The notes under the pieces: model-generated
Told to the model about the DNA's origin: nothing
Database searches by the model: none
What the model saw: the letters and a program-made list of their open reading frames with translations, nothing else
NCBI GenBank assembly: GCA_963844695.1
Contig: CAWJPL010000035.1
Span: forward strand, 1,457-65,456
Source of the DNA: an uncultured Actinomycetes bacterium
GTDB taxonomy: Bacteria > Actinomycetota > Actinomycetes > Streptosporangiales > Streptosporangiaceae
DNA: 64,000 nt
Direction of reading: 5' to 3'
Program-made: the position numbers and the translations under genes
Shown: positions 38,646 through 49,800 of the stretch, one piece after another
Position numbering within the stretch: the stretch's first letter is position 1
Layout of the letters: each line of letters starts with the position of its first letter

Positions 38646-38973
38646 GCACCTAACGGCGGCTGGGGGTGCGTTCTCCCTACCTTCGCTCTCACTCAGCGTG
38701 ACGCTCTCGGTCCATGTAGCTCGACGCCACCTCGGGGAGCAATAAGGGTGAGCGATCTGCTGGCCACCGCAGGCCGACACGGTTGTCGCGCTTGCGCCTA
38801 GGTCCGCCGCGCGCACGTCTTGTCAAGCCTGACGCACCAAATGCGGCAGAACAGTGCGTTGCCAGGTCGGGGTTGCGCATACTTATGCGGAATTCCCTCG
38901 TCATGACTGACGAGGCATGTACGGGCAGCGAAGCGGTGCCCGCGCATGGCCTGCGCCAGATCTTCCTGGATGA

Positions 38974-39684
38974 TCATCGGGCGCGGGGCGCATCGGCCAA
39001 AGCCGCGAATTCACCAGAGGAATCCCAGATTGCTTGCACACCTGCCTGGACGTCTGCGCGGTCAACCAACTCGCTCTGGAGTTCATTGGTTAGGCGATTA
39101 ATTTCGACCTCAGAAACCCTTTGCGTGGAGCCGCTATCGGAAACAGATCTTACCCGCCCGACAACCTCTCGAGCTGCACTATCGACGGCAACTTCTTTAC
39201 GCGCATTCACATCTGCACCAAATGAATTCCACGTCGCTTGGGTCCGTCTAATCTGTGAGGTAAGGCGGTGACGCGTCTCTTCGAGGGAAGTATCACTGGC
39301 TGCTATCAGATAACTGTGATCACCTAGGATGCTCTGAAGCTCGTCGGCGTACACCGCGAGTCGTCGGCAAGTATCCCGTGGAGGGTCGCCAGCCTCTATT
39401 CGCTCAGCAACCTCACGCATACATGAGGCAATCTGATCAAAATAATTTGCAACGCGTTCCCGGCCGTCACGATCAGCATTACGTAGCCAGCCGAGCAGCT
39501 TGCCAAAGGTGCTAGCTGCCGATACGAAGAAGCTGAGAAGTGACAGCGGCTCGCCCACACGACTACCGTACACTTTTCCCTGGCAGTCCTCAGTTGCTCC
39601 TAGAGGTCGGCGTCCCGCTTGTGGCATGTGGCCACTCGACCACTGACCGCTTCGGCTACTCATACTCCGTACGCGGTGCTGCAC
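38974..39684 (-). CDS. hypothetical all-helical protein in a lower-GC patch
   Basis: 236-aa ORF. The start is uncertain (possibly near VGEPLSLLSFFVSAASTFGKLLGWL). GC is visibly lower than in neighbours. No domain recognised. Confidence 0.5.
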   Translation of the reverse strand: MQHRVRSMSSRSGQWSSGHMPQAGRRPLGATEDCQGKVYGSRVGEPLSLLSFFVSAASTFGKLLGWLRNADRDGRERVANYFDQIASCMREVAERIEAGDPPRDTCRRLAVYADELQSILGDHSYLIAASDTSLEETRHRLTSQIRRTQATWNSFGADVNARKEVAVDSAAREVVGRVRSVSDSGSTQRVSEVEINRLTNELQSELVDRADVQAGVQAIWDSSGEFAALADAPRAR

Positions 39685-39891
39685 ACGATTGACGCGGTAG
39701 GCGTCGAGTGAGACTGCACTTCACAAGGCGCTAACGCCCAAAGTTCCCCGTTCGGTGTGCTGGTGGCGGTACGGGCACTGGCATGCGGGTGGCTGTTCAC
39801 CGGGCGCGGCGGGTGGGGATCCAGGGCCGGCCCAGGGGCATGCTGGGGATGTGCCTCAATCCCAGCACGCGTTTAAGGAGGGAGAAGGTAG

Positions 39892-40785
39892 TTGAACCAG
39901 AGCGCAGCCGTGCCAGCGGTACCCGAGCGTCATGGCAGCGCCCTGGACGCGGACGGGTACATCGTCGTGCCGACCGGCCTGCCCCCCTCGATCCTTCAAG
40001 CCGTCGTGGACGACATCTGGCGCCATGCCGGTGCCACACCCGGCGACCCCGCCACGTGGTACCAGCCGGCCGTCATCCGTCCCCGGCCGGGAACGGTCGA
40101 GATGTACCACTACCAGTCAATGTGGGACGCTCGCCAGCACCCGGCGGTCTACCGGATTTTCCGCGACCTGCACCGCAGGGACGACTTGTGGGTCTCCATC
40201 GACCGGGTCGCGTTCAAGCCACCCGTCCAGCCCGGCCAGCCCGACTACGACCAGCCTGGGTTCATCCACTGGGACACCGACATCAACAGGTACCCAGATA
40301 TCCCCTTCCTGCTGCAAGGGGTTCTCGCGCTTGAGGACACGTCCGCCGACATGGGCGGCTTCCAGTGCGTCCCCTCCATCTACCGCGACCAGCAGCGCTT
40401 CCTCGACGAACAGCCCAAGCCTGGCCCGGTTCCCCGTGCCCCCGACATCGGCGGCCATCCGATCGTCAAGGTACCGCTGGCCACGGGCGACCTGGTCATC
40501 TGGAAGTCGACACTCTTGCACGGAAACGGCAGGAACTCCGCTCAGCGCCCCCGGCTGGCCCAGTATCTCACCATGAACCCGCTGCCCCCTGCAGGAGAGC
40601 AACGCGAAACACTGCGGCGAAACCGGATCATGTCATGGTCTGCTTGCACCCCACCAGACGGCGATGCCTTCCCCGGTGACCCGCGCCGCATCGAAGAGCA
40701 GCGAGGTGAGCCGGCATCACTTACCCTGCTGGGCCGACGCCTGCTGGGACTCGACGAATGGCCCCAGGCCCCAGGCACGCCCTGA
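39892..40785 (+). CDS. phytanoyl-CoA dioxygenase (PhyH) family Fe(II)/2-oxoglutarate oxygenase
   Basis: TTG 39892 follows AAGGAGGGAGAAGG. Sequence LDADGYIVVPTGL, GFIHWDTD (H-x-D), GDLVIWKSTLLHGNGRN. Confidence 0.8.
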   Translation: MNQSAAVPAVPERHGSALDADGYIVVPTGLPPSILQAVVDDIWRHAGATPGDPATWYQPAVIRPRPGTVEMYHYQSMWDARQHPAVYRIFRDLHRRDDLWVSIDRVAFKPPVQPGQPDYDQPGFIHWDTDINRYPDIPFLLQGVLALEDTSADMGGFQCVPSIYRDQQRFLDEQPKPGPVPRAPDIGGHPIVKVPLATGDLVIWKSTLLHGNGRNSAQRPRLAQYLTMNPLPPAGEQRETLRRNRIMSWSACTPPDGDAFPGDPRRIEEQRGEPASLTLLGRRLLGLDEWPQAPGTP

Positions 40786-40879
40786 TCGCTCACATCGCGG
40801 CAGAAGAGTGAGCCGGTCGGTGGTGCGGAGCGGGCCGTGGGGGGTGGGGTCATCACGTGGCTGAATTGCGGGGCAGACT

Positions 40880-41666
40880 GTGGTGGTGACCGCTGAGACT
40901 GAGGAACAGCGCAGGAAGCGGGAGCACCAGCGGTTGCTGTTCGACGGTGTTGCGGGGCTGTATGAGGCCACCCGCCGAGGCTATCCCGCCGAAATCGTCA
41001 GCATCATTGTCAGCACCGCCGCTATCGGCCCCGGCGCCACCGTGCTGGAGACCGGCTGCGGCACAGGCCAATTCACCCGGCAGCTGGCTGGCCGGGCGCT
41101 CGACATGACTGCCATCGATATCGGCGCGGCCATGGGTGGCGGCTGCCCGGCGCAACGTGGCGGACCCGAGAGTCCGGTTTCAGGTGAGCTCCTTCGAGGA
41201 CTTCACCGGCAGCGGGTCCTTCGATCTGATCGTTTCGGCGACGGCCTTCCATTGGATCGATCCCGCCATCGGCCTGGCCAAAGCCGCCCGGCTGCTGCGG
41301 CCCGGCGGCTGGCTGGCGCTGCTGGCCACCGGGGAGCGCTACCCCGAGCCATTGCGGACCCAGTTGCGCGATCTCTGGGTGAAGTACAGCAACCAGAACC
41401 CACCATCGGCCGGTCAGCCGGCCTGGCTGGCCGCGCTGCAGGAAACCAGCCTGTTCGGCCCGGCCGTGAAGGCCACTCACACCAGGGCGCTCCAGCTTCC
41501 GGCCCAGACAGTGATGGGCGTCGAGCGCACCCGCGCCACCTTCCTCAGCTACAGCCAGCAAGAGCAGGTCAGCTTCACCGCAGACCTGGGCACGCTCCTC
41601 CAGCCTGCCACCGACATTGACCTGGCCCAGGAAACCTTCCTCGCCATGGCCCCGTCCACCGCCTGA
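40880..41666 (+). pseudogene. class I SAM-dependent methyltransferase with a +1 frameshift near 41131..41140
   Basis: Frame A carries VLETGCGTGQFTRQLAGRALDMTAIDIGAAM. Frame B carries AAARRNVADPRVRFQVSSFEDF...LLRPGGWLALL. One extra G in atgGGtgg would explain the shift. This may be a sequencing error. Confidence 0.65.
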
Positions 41667-41983
41667 ACCCACCGCATGATCCGCCGCCGTCCAGCGCGCA
41701 GAGACAAACCTCAAATCCGAACGTCAGCAGCGGCATGTGAATGTGTCTGCAGCAACCGCGCTCCGCTCCTCCGGTTCCGGACAATTTAGCGCCATCATGG
41801 ATGAGGTGGCCTTCTGTGATCTCTGCGAGATGAGCCGGAGCTACTGGGTGCACGGTCTACCTGAGCGCCGTCGAGCAGCGAGCGTGACCATGTCGGCGCT
41901 GCTGGTCTCTCCCAGTAACATCGCCTCGCCTTCCGCGGTGGTCCTACAAGGGCGACGATCCTGATTACAGCCGCTGGGCCGAA

Positions 41984-43267
41984 CCAGGGACCCGGCAAAG
42001 TCGTTCATACTGCGTGTAGCAGCGTGAGCGTGCGCTGCGGGTCGCGGGCGTGGTGGCGGTTGGCGGCGGCGATGTTGTCGTGGCCGTCCAGGCGCAGGAG
42101 GCTGATGGCCAGGCTTCGCAGCGTTGCCATGACGCGGGGTGCGTTCCCGGTCCTGACCAGGGACTTGTCTTCCTGATAGGTCACGTCACGGACCCAGTGG
42201 AGCTTGTTCTCTATCTCCCAGTGGCCGCGAATCCAGGCGCCCAGGGTTGCCGGGGCAGCGCGGGAGTCGCTGGTGATGAGGTACACGACCTCGACGGTCT
42301 TCTTGCCCTTCTTCGTGACGGTCCTTCGCACCTGCGCAACCTGGGCGGCGCCGGCGAACTCGATACAGGCCGGCGCGAGCGCGGCCTTGATGGTGCGGCG
42401 GGCCCGGCGCCCATGGTCCGTGCTCACGGCCGAGACACCGGGAATGGCGGCCCAGGGAAGTTTCTTGAGCTGCCGGTACAGGGTCGGCATATTGCCCTTG
42501 ACGGTCATCACGTAGTCCGCGTCCCGGCTGATGATGGCCTGCGCGGTGTCATGCTGCGTGTGCAGCGCGTCGATTGTGATGATCGCCCCGGCCAGGTCAG
42601 CGAACGCCCTGAGCAGATCCCGCACCGCGGGGATCTCGTTCGACTTCGCGTCCACGGCGACCTGGCCGAGGACCGCGCCGATGCCGTGCGCCAGCGCGGC
42701 GACCAGGTGCGGGGCCTTCCCGGTCTCGTCCTTCGCGCCGCGGACCGTCTTGCCGTCGATCGCGATCACCAGCCGGCCGCTGGCCTGCACGGCCCTGGTG
42801 TGCAGCCACGCCCCGAGGACCCGGTCGAGCATGTCCGGGCTGACCAAGGTGAAGGCGCGCCGGAACGTGGACTCCTCCGCAGGCCCGCGAGCCGCGCCCA
42901 GCCCGGCCAGCACGTCTGCCCCGGCGTCGGCGGCCCACTGCCCGATCGCGGCGAACGACCGCGACCCCGCTATCACCGCGGCGATGCCGACGGCGAGCAG
43001 GCCGGCCATGGAGTGCCGGCGGCCGCGTTTCTTGCGCGGGTCCGGGACCTGGGCGAGGAGATCGAGGAGGTACTGGCTGCGGGCAGCCGGAATGGGCGAA
43101 GATGACATCGGCGGGCGGGCGTCCCTCGTGGCAGACGACGGTGAGCGTGAGAACTTCCATCGTTCCGCCCGGGCCCTGCCCGCCACCCGCAGGCACGCCG
43201 GACGCTTCACCCGTTGTTACGACATCGCAGGTCACAACCTCACTTCACAACTTTGCCGTGTCCCTGG
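41984..43267 (-). mobile_element. ISAs1-family insertion sequence (~1.28 kb)
   Basis: 21-nt imperfect IRs: ccagggacccggcaaagtcgt (41984..42004) versus the reverse complement of acaactttgccgtgtccctgg (43247..43267), 19/21. There is a possible 8-bp duplication gggccga(a/g) on both flanks. Confidence 0.7.
42005..43108 (-). CDS. ISAs1-family transposase
   Basis: DPRKKRGRRHSMAGLL, IAIDGKTVRGA, SNEIPAVRDLL, ITIDALHTQHDTA, HWEIENKLHWVRDVTYQEDKS. The plausible start is ATG 43108. Confidence 0.9.
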   Translation of the reverse strand: MSSSPIPAARSQYLLDLLAQVPDPRKKRGRRHSMAGLLAVGIAAVIAGSRSFAAIGQWAADAGADVLAGLGAARGPAEESTFRRAFTLVSPDMLDRVLGAWLHTRAVQASGRLVIAIDGKTVRGAKDETGKAPHLVAALAHGIGAVLGQVAVDAKSNEIPAVRDLLRAFADLAGAIITIDALHTQHDTAQAIISRDADYVMTVKGNMPTLYRQLKKLPWAAIPGVSAVSTDHGRRARRTIKAALAPACIEFAGAAQVAQVRRTVTKKGKKTVEVVYLITSDSRAAPATLGAWIRGHWEIENKLHWVRDVTYQEDKSLVRTGNAPRVMATLRSLAISLLRLDGHDNIAAANRHHARDPQRTLTLLHAV

Positions 43268-43547
43268 GGCCGAGATCGACACGCCAAATGCGTGGCAACG
43301 CCTTGGAAACGGTGAGCAGCTGCCAGCTACGGGTGGCGCGTGCCGGGCCCGATCGCCCATGGCCAGGTGCCAGGACTGCATCGATCATGGTCCGTGGTAG
43401 TGCTGGAGCACCAGGCTGCCGCTTATGTACGACTCGCATCGCGGCAGATGAGGGCACCGCACGATCCTGGACTGGCTATCTTTAACGGAGTTAGATTGGC
43501 AATGCCGGATCGGCGGGTCGGGTGACCTCCAGATTCAGCTGCGCTTT

Positions 43548-44306
43548 TCAGGGGGGCGATGGGATTGCACTGAGGAACACCTCGAAAGCCTCAGGGCCAA
43601 CATGGGGATTGCCAGCAAAAGGATACTGCAGATCCTTGATCAGAATAAGGTTGATCGTGATCAAAGCTGCGATCGCCATCACCATCCCGATATGCACAGC
43701 CCGGCTCTTCAGCCCAAAGAGAAGGCAAAACGCAATCACTATGACAGCCCCAAAGATCAGCGCCACCCAGATGGGCTCTGGTACCTCCTCGGTCATCGCA
43801 TCCAGACGGTCCCTCCGCGCTGCGGTCAAGCTGTTTACGCTCACCACTGCCTGCTCGTAGAGGACCTGCTGCTGGCTGGTGCGGGGTGAGAACCGGAATA
43901 CGTCGGCGCGGATCTGGGTCAGCAGGTCTTGCGCGAGGGGACTGCTTTTCCCCTCATTCATCAGCGGCCATTCCCTGTCTATAACCGTATGCGCATATTT
44001 CAGGGTCAGGTCCTCGATGGCTGGTCCTTCAGGCGTAGGAAGGCTGCGCGCTATCCAGTAGACGTTGGACAGCTGGTCGGCTTCGGTGTAGGTCGTGGCG
44101 TGCGCGCTGCTGAGGGTCTCCCACCCCACGATGACCACGAAGGCCAGCAGCACGGCGTACAGGACCGCAACCCCCGCGAAGATGAACCCCGCGACCTCGG
44201 TGTGCTCCTGCCGCTTCTCAGGCGCCCAGTACCGGTGAACGAGATAGACACTCAACCCCGAACCAAGCAGTGCCCCAAGGAAAATCCAGAGGTTTGGCAG
44301 GTTCAT
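43548..44306 (-). CDS. DUF4239-like membrane protein (lower-GC gene)
   Basis: 252-aa ORF with TM helices at both ends and a helical middle. GC is lower than in neighbours. The family name is recalled from memory. Confidence 0.65.
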   Translation of the reverse strand: MNLPNLWIFLGALLGSGLSVYLVHRYWAPEKRQEHTEVAGFIFAGVAVLYAVLLAFVVIVGWETLSSAHATTYTEADQLSNVYWIARSLPTPEGPAIEDLTLKYAHTVIDREWPLMNEGKSSPLAQDLLTQIRADVFRFSPRTSQQQVLYEQAVVSVNSLTAARRDRLDAMTEEVPEPIWVALIFGAVIVIAFCLLFGLKSRAVHIGMVMAIAALITINLILIKDLQYPFAGNPHVGPEAFEVFLSAIPSPP

Positions 44307-44972
44307 CGCGTCCCCCCAGGACTGCCGAAAGCCTGGCGATCAGCCCAAGGGCATGCTAGCCCTGACAGCCAGCTGCCGCTCCTGGCCAGTCCGCCTCCTT
44401 GCCGGTCTCCCGATAGGCCGCACCCCTCCGGAGCGGTCTCCCCGCGACTGGTCGTACCCGTCCACGGCGCAGCTATCTTATCCTGGCCTGACTGATCCGC
44501 TCACGACGATAAATCCCACCCGGAGACTGACCGGGAACTGGTTCAGAACCTTGAGACGGTCCGGGCCAGCTCCAGTCCGGACCGTCGAGTTCCCCGGCAT
44601 CGACCAGCCCGTGCAACGCTAATCCTGCAATGGATCGATGGGAAAGGCGAGCTAAAGGTAGTGGATTGTGTCTCGCTGCACCCCCCGCGGGGGCAGCTAC
44701 CGTGCCGCTGGCCAAACTCGACGTCTGCAAATAACGCTCATGCCGAATCGAGTGCAAGAGGCGCACTCAATTCGGCTACTTGTGAGCGAGTCTTAGCACG
44801 GGTCTGGCCCGTCTTGATGACAGGACCACCAGGCGCGGTGAGCCCGTCGGCTACCGGCATCGCTGTCGGCCCGTGTGGCGGCAGACACGAGCGCACGACT
44901 GGTCCCCGCAGGGCGACGTGCCGCAGCCTCCGGGGCTTCTGAGCAGGAGTCGAGGTGGGGCTGTCCCGGGTT

Positions 44973-45921
44973 TCAGGTGACGGGGTCCATGATGCGGTCG
45001 TAGCAGCGGCGGGCTCGTGTGCTGCGGGCGCTGGCGCCGTAGCATCTGCGGGGAGGTCCACCCGTTTAGTTCCATCAGGTCCCCCTCCGCGCCGCCACGG
45101 TCCAGCCAGGTGTGGCTGAAATGATGACGGAATCTGTGCGGGTGCACAGCCACCCCGCACTGGTTGCCTCGGCGCACAATCATCTGGTAGATGCCATTCG
45201 CCGTCATCGGGGCCCGGTTGTTGACTCCCAGCCACAGTTGCGGCCGGTATGCCTGGGCGTGCCGGGCCCGGACCCGGATGTAGCGGTCAAGGGTGACGGC
45301 GGTCTGGTGGCTGACCTTGACGATCCGCGCTTTACCGCCCTTGCCCCGGACCGTGATCTCCCGCTGCCACAGGTCAACGTCGCTGCGCTGCGCATCCTCC
45401 GGGTCGTAGACGATCCCGGCCAGTTCCGACAGCCGGATCCCCGTCGCCCGGAACACCGCGATGACCGCAAGGTCGCGGCGCTGGGCAAACGACCGACCCG
45501 CGCAGACCTTCTCCAGCTTCGATAGTTCTCCGCTCGTGAAAACAGGGATGAGCTTCTCGGTCACCCTGGGCGGCCGGAGCCTGGCCATCGGGTCCGTGAG
45601 ATCTTCCTCACCGGCCCACCATTTGAAGAACTGCTGCAGAGCGCGGTACTGGTTGCTGGCATAGGAATCGCTGTAGCGGCCCAGCAGCCACACCATCCAC
45701 CGCTGGATGTCCTGCCCGCTGACCTGCTCCTACTTGGCCCGGGATGTCTGCGGGATCAGGTGCGCCGCGGCGAACCACTGCACCGCCTCGGTGTACATCC
45801 GCACCGTCTTGCCCGACTTTCCCTCGGCCATCAGGCAGAGCCGGAACGAGGCGATCTCGGGCTGGAACACTCTCGCGGCCAAGGGCTCAGGCTGCCGCGA
45901 GCACGGTCCCGGCACGCTCAT
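44973..45921 (-). pseudogene. int: tyrosine integrase, inactivated (TGG->TAG at 45730..45732; 8-nt deletion near 45041 removing the catalytic-Tyr codon from the frame)
   Basis: Collinear with the intact copy 53375..54391. The sequence RAK*EQV compares with RTRWEQV. The sequence gccgtagcatctgcgg compares with gccgtagcgtcgcagcatctgcgg, so ...QMLRRYGASARS becomes ...QMLRRQRPQHTS. Confidence 0.85.
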
Positions 45922-46084
45922 AGTTTGTCTCTCTTCCTGCGGCCGAGCTGCGGCGCAACTCTCTGCAGGCCAGCGTTTCCGCTGGTCAGAAACTCTCAGC
46001 AAAGGTGAGATCGTGGCCGTCATGCGTCTTCTCTTTCCTGCCATTCGCGCAGGTGAGAGGGCTGGCCGATGCTACGAGAAGAGG

Positions 46085-46127
46085 TGGTCAGGGGCGGGGT
46101 CGAACCGCCGACCTTCCGCTTTTCAGG
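46085..46127 (+). repeat. direct copy of the tRNA-Phe 3' half (att-type repeat), 43/43 identical to 54555..54597
   Basis: tggtcaggggcggggtcgaaccgccgaccttccgcttttcagg. Confidence 0.9.
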
Positions 46128-46342
46128 GGTTCTATCTCCCTTTACGACCATGATCTCGTAAATATCATGCAGCCCAGCTCACCGGCATAAGGGCTGGTCA
46201 ATAGGCTGACACCACAATCATAGCCACTGTGCCGCCGTGTGCCGCGTAGTCCCGTTTCGTCTGTGGGCTTCCCGTGGTGAGCCCTCCGAAAGAAAGGACT
46301 TGTGGGGCTTCTGTGGGACCCGGCGAGGCGCGGACGGGCTCG
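46128..46342 (+). repeat. island distal-arm repeat, copy 2 (homologous to 15256..15470)
   Basis: See copy 1. The 114-nt core is 46229..46342. Confidence 0.75.
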
Positions 46343-46809
46343 TCGGCGAGCATCGCGTGCATCTAGTCGTCAGTGCTGGTCCTGGCTAGCCGACGTCCCG
46401 TCATCCCGCCGGAGTGTGTGACTGGGCATGACCGAATGGGAGTGGTTCAGGCTGGCATGCCGTACTCACTGATGTTGTGCCTGGTAAGGACGGCAGAGGA
46501 TAGAAGACTCGAACTCCTTCTCTAGCGTTCGCTCGGGCCGGCATGTGACCTGCGGTCCTTGTCAGCTGTGGGTCTGGCTGAACGGCCGCGCGCGAGAGAG
46601 AATGACTGTCGATGGTGGGCGGGCATCAATCAGGCACGATTTCTTCGGGAGCGGAAGTAGGGCGGCGGATCGCGTGGCTGCCTGAGACCGCCGCCGAGGC
46701 GGCGCAAGAGCACGTCGAGGACAGGGACGGGCGATGCGCGGCGGCGAGATCGTTCAGTTGAATGTATTGCGACGTGGTTCTGGCAGGTAGCTTTCCGAGG
46801 GGAAATGCG

Positions 46810-49800
46810 GTGTGGTTCAGGCTGCTCGGGGCGGTAGAGGTTTCCGCGGACGGAACCTCGCTTCCGCTGGGTGGCCCCAGGCAGCGGTCGGTGCTGGCCG
46901 ATCTTGCCCTGCATGTAGGCCGGGCTGTCCCTACGGCGCAGTTGATCGTCGATGTGTGGGGGGAACGGCCGCCAAGCTCGGCGGTCCACACCCTGGAGAG
47001 CTATGTCTCCCGGCTGCGCCATGTGCTGAACGCCTCCGGTGCGGCTGGCGCCGTGGTGGTCAGCAAGTCGGCCGGGTACATGCTCGACGCAGTACCAGGA
47101 AACGTCAACGTGTGGCGGTTCCGGGAACTGGCCGCGAGAGGGGGCGCGGCGGTCGAGGCGGGTGATGCGGCCACGGCGGCGGCACTGGTCGGCGCCGCGA
47201 TCGACTTGTGGCGCGGCCCGGCGCTCGCAGATATCAGGGAGGCGGCGTTTGCCCCGCCCGCGGTGCAGCGGCTGGAAGAGGAGCGGCTGACCGCGCTGGA
47301 GAACCTAATGGAGGCGCGGCTGGCGTTGGGGCGGCACCGCGAGCTCGTGGCCGAGCTTGAGGCGCTGATCGCCGGTTCCCCATACCGCGAGCATTTCCAC
47401 GCGCAGCTGATGCTGGCGTTGTACCGTTCGGGCCGGCAGGCTGATGCGCTGGCCGCCTTCGGCCGCGTCCGCGATACGCTGTCCGGCGAGCTTGGCATCG
47501 AGCCTGGCCGGAAGCTGTGCGAGCTTCAGCATGCGGTGCTGCTGCAGGCGCCCGAACTGGAACCGCGCGTCGCCGCTGCCCGCCTGGGCCCGCGCCAGAT
47601 GGCTGACCGGCAGCCAAGCGCACCGGCTGCGCCGCCGGCGGCGGGGCCTGTCCGTGCGCGTGGGGGCCGCGCCTGGCGGTGGGCTGCGGCAGCTGCGGCG
47701 CTTGGCCTAGCTGCCGCAGCGGTCGTGCCGATCCTGGTGGGCATGGGGGCCGCCCATGGCAAGACGCTTGCGGGCGGCGTGGGTGAGGTGTCCGCGGCCG
47801 GCGGTATCGCCCGCAGCGTGGCCCTGCCAGGCCCACCGGGTGCCGCCGTGGCGGCGGATGGCTCGGTATGGGTGACCAGCCCCGAGGGCAACGTGGTTTA
47901 CCGGATCGACCCGGTCACCGGGTCGCTGGTGCAGACCATACCGGTGGGCTCTGGCCCCAGCGCGATCACCGCCAGCGGTGCCGATATCTGGGTGGCCAAC
48001 ACCCTGGACGGTACGGTCTCCCGGATCAGCGCGGCCGCTAACGCGGTCGTTCAGACCGTCAATGTCGGCACCGAGCCCACCGGCATCACCGCGGACGGCG
48101 GTTCCATCTGGGTAGCAGATGCCTCGGCCAGTACCTTGTCAGCGCTCAGCTCCGTCTCCGGGCGGCTGACATCTACTATCCCTTTGCCGTCGCCGCCGTT
48201 CGGGGTCGCCTTTGGTGCTGGCTCGGTGTGGGTGACCAGCCCGGCGGACAACAACGTCACCCGGGTCGATCCGCGCACCGGCCAGCCGGGCCAGCAGATC
48301 ACGGTCGGTGCCGGGCCTACGGCTGTCGCGTTTGGCCTTGGTTCTGTGTGGGTCGCCAACAGCCTGGATAGCACAGTCTCCCGTATCGATCCCGGCACTG
48401 ACTCCGTCGCTGCCGTGATCCCGGTCGGGGATGGCCCGGACGCGCTGGCGATCACCAGGGACTCGGTCTGGGCAGCGGACCGGCTGTCGGGCGCGCTGAC
48501 CAGGATCAGCTCCGGCGGCGCCAGCCCGGTGAGCGCGATCCTCCTGGGCGGCAGCCCAGTGGCGCTAACAACCGCCGGTGACCGGGTCTGGTTCGCGGTC
48601 GGCGCTGCGAGCTCCGCCCGGCGGGCTGGCGGCACGCTGAATGCAGTCGTCAGCTACCCGCCCACGTCGATCGACCCTGCCCTGCAGTACCCCCAGATGC
48701 CGCCTCAGTTCTCCGACGCCACCTATGACACGCTTGTGACGTTCCAGAAGACCGGTGGCAGCGCCGGCCTGCAGCTGGTACCTGACCTGGCCCTTGCCAT
48801 GCCTGCCGTGACCGGCGGTGGGACCGTGTACAGGTTCACGCTGCGGCCCGGCCTGCGGTATTCGACGGGGCAGCTAGTGCGCCCGGAGGATTTCCGTTAC
48901 GCGATCGAGCGCGTCCTGGACCTCGACCCGGAAGCGGGCGCCTTCCTCGACGGGATCTCAGGGGCGTCAGCCTGCGTCCCGGGGAAGCTGTGCGACCTGG
49001 CCCGCGGGGTAACGGTCAACGGATCCGCCAGAACTGTGACGTTCCGTCTGAGCGCACCAGACCCTGACTTCCTGTACAAGCTGGCCTTCGGGTTCACCGC
49101 ACCGGTACCGTCCTACATCCCGGCCCGCGATGCCGGCCGTGATCCTGTGCCAGGCACCGGCCCCTACATGATCACCCGGTATGTTCCCGGCCGCCGGGTC
49201 GTGTTCGCGCGCAACCCGCACTTCCGGGAATGGTCGGCGGCCGCCCAGCCCGCGGGCTTCCCCGATCGCATCGTCTGGACCTTCGGCACCTCGCTCACCC
49301 GTGAGGCCGCCGAGATCGAGGCCGGGCAGGCAGACTGGACTAACGACCCGCTGCCCGGCCTCGCCGGGCTCAGAGCTCGGTTCCCAGCCCAGGTGCACAT
49401 CAGCACGCTGCCCGAAATCGTCTTCGCCGCGTTCAACACTCGGGTGGCGCCGTTCAACGACCCCCGGGTCAGGCGGGCGTTCAGCCTCGCCGCTGACCGT
49501 AACCGCTTCGTCGCAGCACTGGGCGGCCCCGGCCAGGCCGAACCGACCTGCCAGATCCTGCCGCCGGGCATTCCGGGCTACCGGCCCTACTGCCCGTTCA
49601 CCGCCGACCCCAGCGCCTCTGGCGCCTGGGTCGGCCCCGACCTGGCCGCCGCCCGCAGGCTTGTGGCCGCGTCCGGGACCAGGGGCATGCGCGTCACCGT
49701 GTGGTCCGACGACCAGGCCCCGGACGGCACTACCGCTGCCTTCATTGTCTCCGTCCTGCACATGCTCGGCTACCGGGCGGCTGCGCACGTCGTTCCGAAC

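Larger units (their letters stand above)
33528..46127. mobile_element. island segment B (~12.5 kb) with a decayed integrase
   Basis: Bounded by att-type repeats at 33528 and 46085. An integrase pseudogene is adjacent to the right repeat. It contains IS4 and ISAs1 insertions and two lower-GC genes. Confidence 0.7.
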
